In this document: one piece after another, positions 60,979 through 64,000 of the stretch
How positions within the stretch are numbered: position 1 is the first letter of the stretch
How the letters are laid out: every line of letters starts with the position of its first letter
Assembly: GCA_963769425.1 (NCBI GenBank)
Contig: CAVYLP010000006.1
Location: 800,001-864,000 of the forward strand
Direction: 5' to 3'
DNA: 64,000 nucleotides
Source of the DNA: Candidatus Bathyarchaeota archaeon
GTDB taxonomy: Archaea > Thermoproteota > Bathyarchaeia > TCS64
Notes under the pieces: generated by a model
What the model was told of the DNA's origin: nothing
Databases searched by the model: none
What the model saw: only the letters and a program-made list of their open reading frames with translations
Made by a program: the position numbers and the translations under genes

Positions 60979-61057
60979 ATCAGCGTTCTGGGTGAAGACT
61001 GGTACAAGGTTTATTTTATCGGGTCCCTAAGGATCAACCGTTTCTGGAGTTGATCGG

Positions 61058-61660
61058 ATGAAAGAATACGTTCTACCGAAGCTACCCTACACCTACGAGG
61101 CGCTTGAGCCGGTTATAGACGCGGCGACGGTGACCCTCCACCACGACAAGCACCATAACGGCTATGTTGTGGGGTTCAACGGGACGCTGAAGAAGATCGT
61201 TGAGGCGCGTGAGAAGGGCGACTACGCGGCTATCAAGGCGCTTGACAAGGACCTCTCCTTCCACGGGAGCGGAGTCGTCCTCCACAACCTGTACTGGGAG
61301 AACCTCTGCCCCAAGGCGGAGTGCAAGGAGCCCACGTCGGGCGCCTTCCTCGACCAGGTGAAGGCGGACTTCGGCGACCTCATGAAGCTCAAGGCAGAGA
61401 TGGGCGCGGCCGCGAAGGCAGTGGAGGGCTCTGGGTGGGCCGTCCTAGCCTGGGAGCCGGCTTCCAAGCAGCTACTCGTGCTTCAGGCGGAGAACCACCA
61501 GAAGCTCACCATCTGGGGCGTGGTGCCGCTCCTCGTCATCGACGTCTGGGAGCACGCCTACTACCTCAAGTACCAGAACAACCGCGCCGCCTACGTCGAC
61601 GCCCTCTGGGGAATCGTGAACTGGGCGGCGGTTGAGAGGAGATTCAAGGCGATCAAGTAG
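61058..61660 (+). CDS. sod: Fe/Mn superoxide dismutase
   Basis: LPYTYEALEP, HHDKHH, GSGW, DVWEHAYY. Confidence 0.97.
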   Translation: MKEYVLPKLPYTYEALEPVIDAATVTLHHDKHHNGYVVGFNGTLKKIVEAREKGDYAAIKALDKDLSFHGSGVVLHNLYWENLCPKAECKEPTSGAFLDQVKADFGDLMKLKAEMGAAAKAVEGSGWAVLAWEPASKQLLVLQAENHQKLTIWGVVPLLVIDVWEHAYYLKYQNNRAAYVDALWGIVNWAAVERRFKAIK

Positions 61661-61673
61661 CCGCCCTTCACCC

Positions 61674-62636
61674 TTAGAAGGTGACGTTTTTCTGCTCGGG
61701 AACCGTGAAGGGCGGTCTCTTTCCCTCTAGGTAGGCTTTGATGCTTTCTGCGCAACGTTCTGCCATCTTGCGGCGGGTCTCCCATGTGGCAGAGGCCATA
61801 TGGGGGGTGACGATGACGTTCTCCAGCTTGAGCAGCTCCTCGGTGAGTGGCGTGGGCTCGACCTCGAAGACGTCTAGGGCGGCGCCCACGATTACCTTAG
61901 ATTTGAGCGCTTCGGTGAGGGCCTTCTGGTCGATGACGGGGCCGCGGCTCGTGTTGATGACGATGGCGGTCTTCTTCATCGTCTGGAACTGCTTTGTGCT
62001 GAGTACGCCCTTTGTGCTGGGAATCAGGGGGACGTGGACGCTGATGATGTCTGAGGTCTTCAGCAGCTCCTCGAAGGGGACGTACCCGATGCCGTACTGG
62101 GCCTCGATGTCTTGGCGGCGGACGACGTCGTAGTAGATCATCTTGACGCCGAATCCCCTGCCCCGCTTCGCGACCTCGACGCCTATCCTGCCGAGGCCGA
62201 GGAGGCCGAGTATCTTGCCGCCCATATCCCAACCGAATGGGAACCCTTTCTGCTTCTTCCCCCACTCCTCGCGGGTGTACCTGTCCGCCTCTGGTATGCG
62301 GCGCATCCAGCCCAAGATTAGAGCCCAGGTGAGGTCGGCGACGGCGTCGCTGAGCACATCGGGCGTGTGGCAGACGTAGACGCCGTGGTGCGTGCAGGCG
62401 TCGACGTCAACCGAGTCGTAGCCCACGCCGAAGCGCGAGACGAGCCTGAGCTTCGGGGCCTTGGCGAGGAAGTCCTCGTTGACGTTCTCACCCGCGGCGA
62501 GCAGGACTGTGGCGTCGCGTAGCTGGTCCGAGTAGTCGCCGGAGACGCGTACGACGTCGGCGAGCGGGCGGAGCCTGTCGGCTACGTCCTCTGGGAAGTT
62601 GTCGCTCTTAGAGCTGAGGAGCACCTTCGGCTTCAT
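61674..62636 (-). CDS. D-2-hydroxyacid dehydrogenase (glyoxylate reductase / D-glycerate dehydrogenase-like)
   Basis: GVGYD, GLGRIG, INTSRG, LDVFEVEP, TPHMAS. Confidence 0.93.
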   Translation of the reverse strand: MKPKVLLSSKSDNFPEDVADRLRPLADVVRVSGDYSDQLRDATVLLAAGENVNEDFLAKAPKLRLVSRFGVGYDSVDVDACTHHGVYVCHTPDVLSDAVADLTWALILGWMRRIPEADRYTREEWGKKQKGFPFGWDMGGKILGLLGLGRIGVEVAKRGRGFGVKMIYYDVVRRQDIEAQYGIGYVPFEELLKTSDIISVHVPLIPSTKGVLSTKQFQTMKKTAIVINTSRGPVIDQKALTEALKSKVIVGAALDVFEVEPTPLTEELLKLENVIVTPHMASATWETRRKMAERCAESIKAYLEGKRPPFTVPEQKNVTF

Positions 62637-62685
62637 GGCAATCGGGTAATGAGTGGACGCACCCCGGTTAAAAGTGTCGAGGCGC

Positions 62686-62946
62686 CTACTTCTTACGGTA
62701 TACCCGGAACTTGACGTCGTTCCACCTATCTGGGCACTCGTACTTGAACTCCGCCGGGTCGACCCACGGAATCTTCCCACCGTAGCAGCAGTTCATGAGT
62801 GTGGGGAAGAGGTCGTGGTAGCAGTATCCGCAGATGCCGCACGTCTTGTGGGTGTTTATCTCAAACTTGTCGCCGACCTTGTGGCCGGCGCTGCAGTCCT
62901 TCCCTACATGTGTCACTTCGGCTATGTAGACTGGTTCCTCTGACAT
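62686..62946 (-). CDS. Small Cys-rich protein, TIGR04076-like
   Basis: CSAGHKVGDKF, IC, CPD pattern. Confidence 0.8.
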   Translation of the reverse strand: MSEEPVYIAEVTHVGKDCSAGHKVGDKFEINTHKTCGICGYCYHDLFPTLMNCCYGGKIPWVDPAEFKYECPDRWNDVKFRVYRKK

Positions 62947-63031
62947 TGTCCTTCACCGTCTCCTCGGCTCAGGTGGTTGAAAAGGTGTTCGAAGGGCAGG
63001 GGTTTTAGCCGCCGGGCACGACTCATATCTC

Positions 63032-63922
63032 ATGACGCTTTACAACGAGATCGTTAAGGAGACGAAGGGCTTCGAGAGGGTGCTCGGGGTCGCGGTTAAG
63101 CATCTGGGCACGGGGGAGGAGGCGGGATTCAACGGGGATGAACTGTTCCCGACGGCGAGCGTCTTCAAGGTCCCCGTCATCGTGGAGCTCTACAGGCAGG
63201 TGGAGGCGGGGAAGATCAGGCTCGACGACAGGCTGGTTCTGAAGGACTCGGAGAAGGTCCCCGGCTCCGGCATCCTCAAGGAGCTTACTGAGGGTCTCGA
63301 GGTCACCGTGAAGGACCTGAGCCGACTGATGATGATCCTGAGCGATAACACGGCCACGGACATGATCGTGGAGCGTGTTGGTAAGGAGAACGTCAACGCG
63401 GCGATGCGGAGGCTTGGGCTGAGGAACACGTTGGTGGTTGCCGATTGCAGGGACCTTCTCTTCGACCTCGTCGGCGAGAATAGCCTCCCGGATGAGGAGA
63501 AGACCCTCGACCTCTACCTGAAGCTGGCGAAGGCGGGTGCGACTAAGGGGTCGTGGAGCCTCGGCACGGAGAGGAACGACGTTACGACCCCGGTGGAGAT
63601 GAACAAGCTGCTGGGCTACATTGTTGAGGGCACTGCGGCGGGGAGGTCAAGCTGCGACGCTATCCTCGCGACGATGGAGAAGTGCCAGACGGGTGAGTAC
63701 AGGGTCCCGAAGTATCTGCCGGCGGAGAATGTGAGGATGCAGAGGAAGACGGGTAGCCTGCCGGGGATCAGGAACGACGTCGGGGTGATCACGATCCTCG
63801 CGACGGGGGAGAGGTACTGCATAAGCTGCTTCACGAAGGGGACCGAGGACGTCTTCGCCGCTGAGGAGGTCATCGCGAGGGTCAGCAGAAACGTCTACCA
63901 GTACTTCGCCAGCGGAAAGTAG
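63032..63922 (+). CDS. Serine hydrolase of the class A beta-lactamase-like family
   Basis: FPTASVFK (SxxK), SDN, KTG, NDVG. Confidence 0.9.
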   Translation: MTLYNEIVKETKGFERVLGVAVKHLGTGEEAGFNGDELFPTASVFKVPVIVELYRQVEAGKIRLDDRLVLKDSEKVPGSGILKELTEGLEVTVKDLSRLMMILSDNTATDMIVERVGKENVNAAMRRLGLRNTLVVADCRDLLFDLVGENSLPDEEKTLDLYLKLAKAGATKGSWSLGTERNDVTTPVEMNKLLGYIVEGTAAGRSSCDAILATMEKCQTGEYRVPKYLPAENVRMQRKTGSLPGIRNDVGVITILATGERYCISCFTKGTEDVFAAEEVIARVSRNVYQYFASGK

Positions 63923-64000
63923 CCACTTGTGGGCTTGCTACCCATTATAACAAGAAAAAAAAATATTTCATCAACCTTGGTAGCGAATTAGTGGTCCTTT

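Noticed and set aside
1-64000. Many long overlapping antisense or alternate-frame ORFs (e.g. 50003-50974, 21052-21798, 9636-10310)
   Set aside because: Shadow ORFs expected in high-GC coding DNA; low-complexity Ser/Pro/Arg-rich translations without motifs
1-64000. Selenocysteine or pyrrolysine read-through
   Set aside because: The gene breaks I traced are frame changes, not in-frame TGA/TAG at conserved positions

Overview
Archaeal chromosomal segment, GC-rich by eye. The aIF-1A/RIO1/KH/Top6B/Top6A cluster, archaeal TpiA and a eukaryote-type topoisomerase IB point to the TACK lineage, most plausibly Bathyarchaeia (inference). It is dense with housekeeping and metabolic genes: tungstate ABC transporter divergent from a Mo/W-cofactor operon, kynureninase, glycerol kinase, CoA-transferase III, sugar nucleotidyltransferases and a phosphohexomutase, MetRS, CopA with an HMA-thioredoxin partner, SucCD, membrane pyrophosphatase, ClC, several MFS transporters, SOD, a class A beta-lactamase-like hydrolase, and tRNA-Leu(GAG) and tRNA-His(GTG). 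Many genes, mostly in the first ~20 kb, carry single-base frameshifts that look like sequencing indels. I found no CRISPR array, transposase, integrase or rRNA, and no unambiguous new multi-gene system. The best leads, all hypotheses: (1) an unannotated 39-codon hydrophobic ORF coupled to a divergent K+-independent pyrophosphatase; (2) a structured non-coding region plus a degenerate tRNA 3'-end fragment beside tRNA-Leu, sharing motifs with the 13.2-13.35 kb spacer; (3) a prenol-kinase-like gene coupled to an atypical Tmk-like kinase; (4) an HMA-thioredoxin fusion behind CopA; (5) a membrane-tethered HhH (DUF4332-like) protein.
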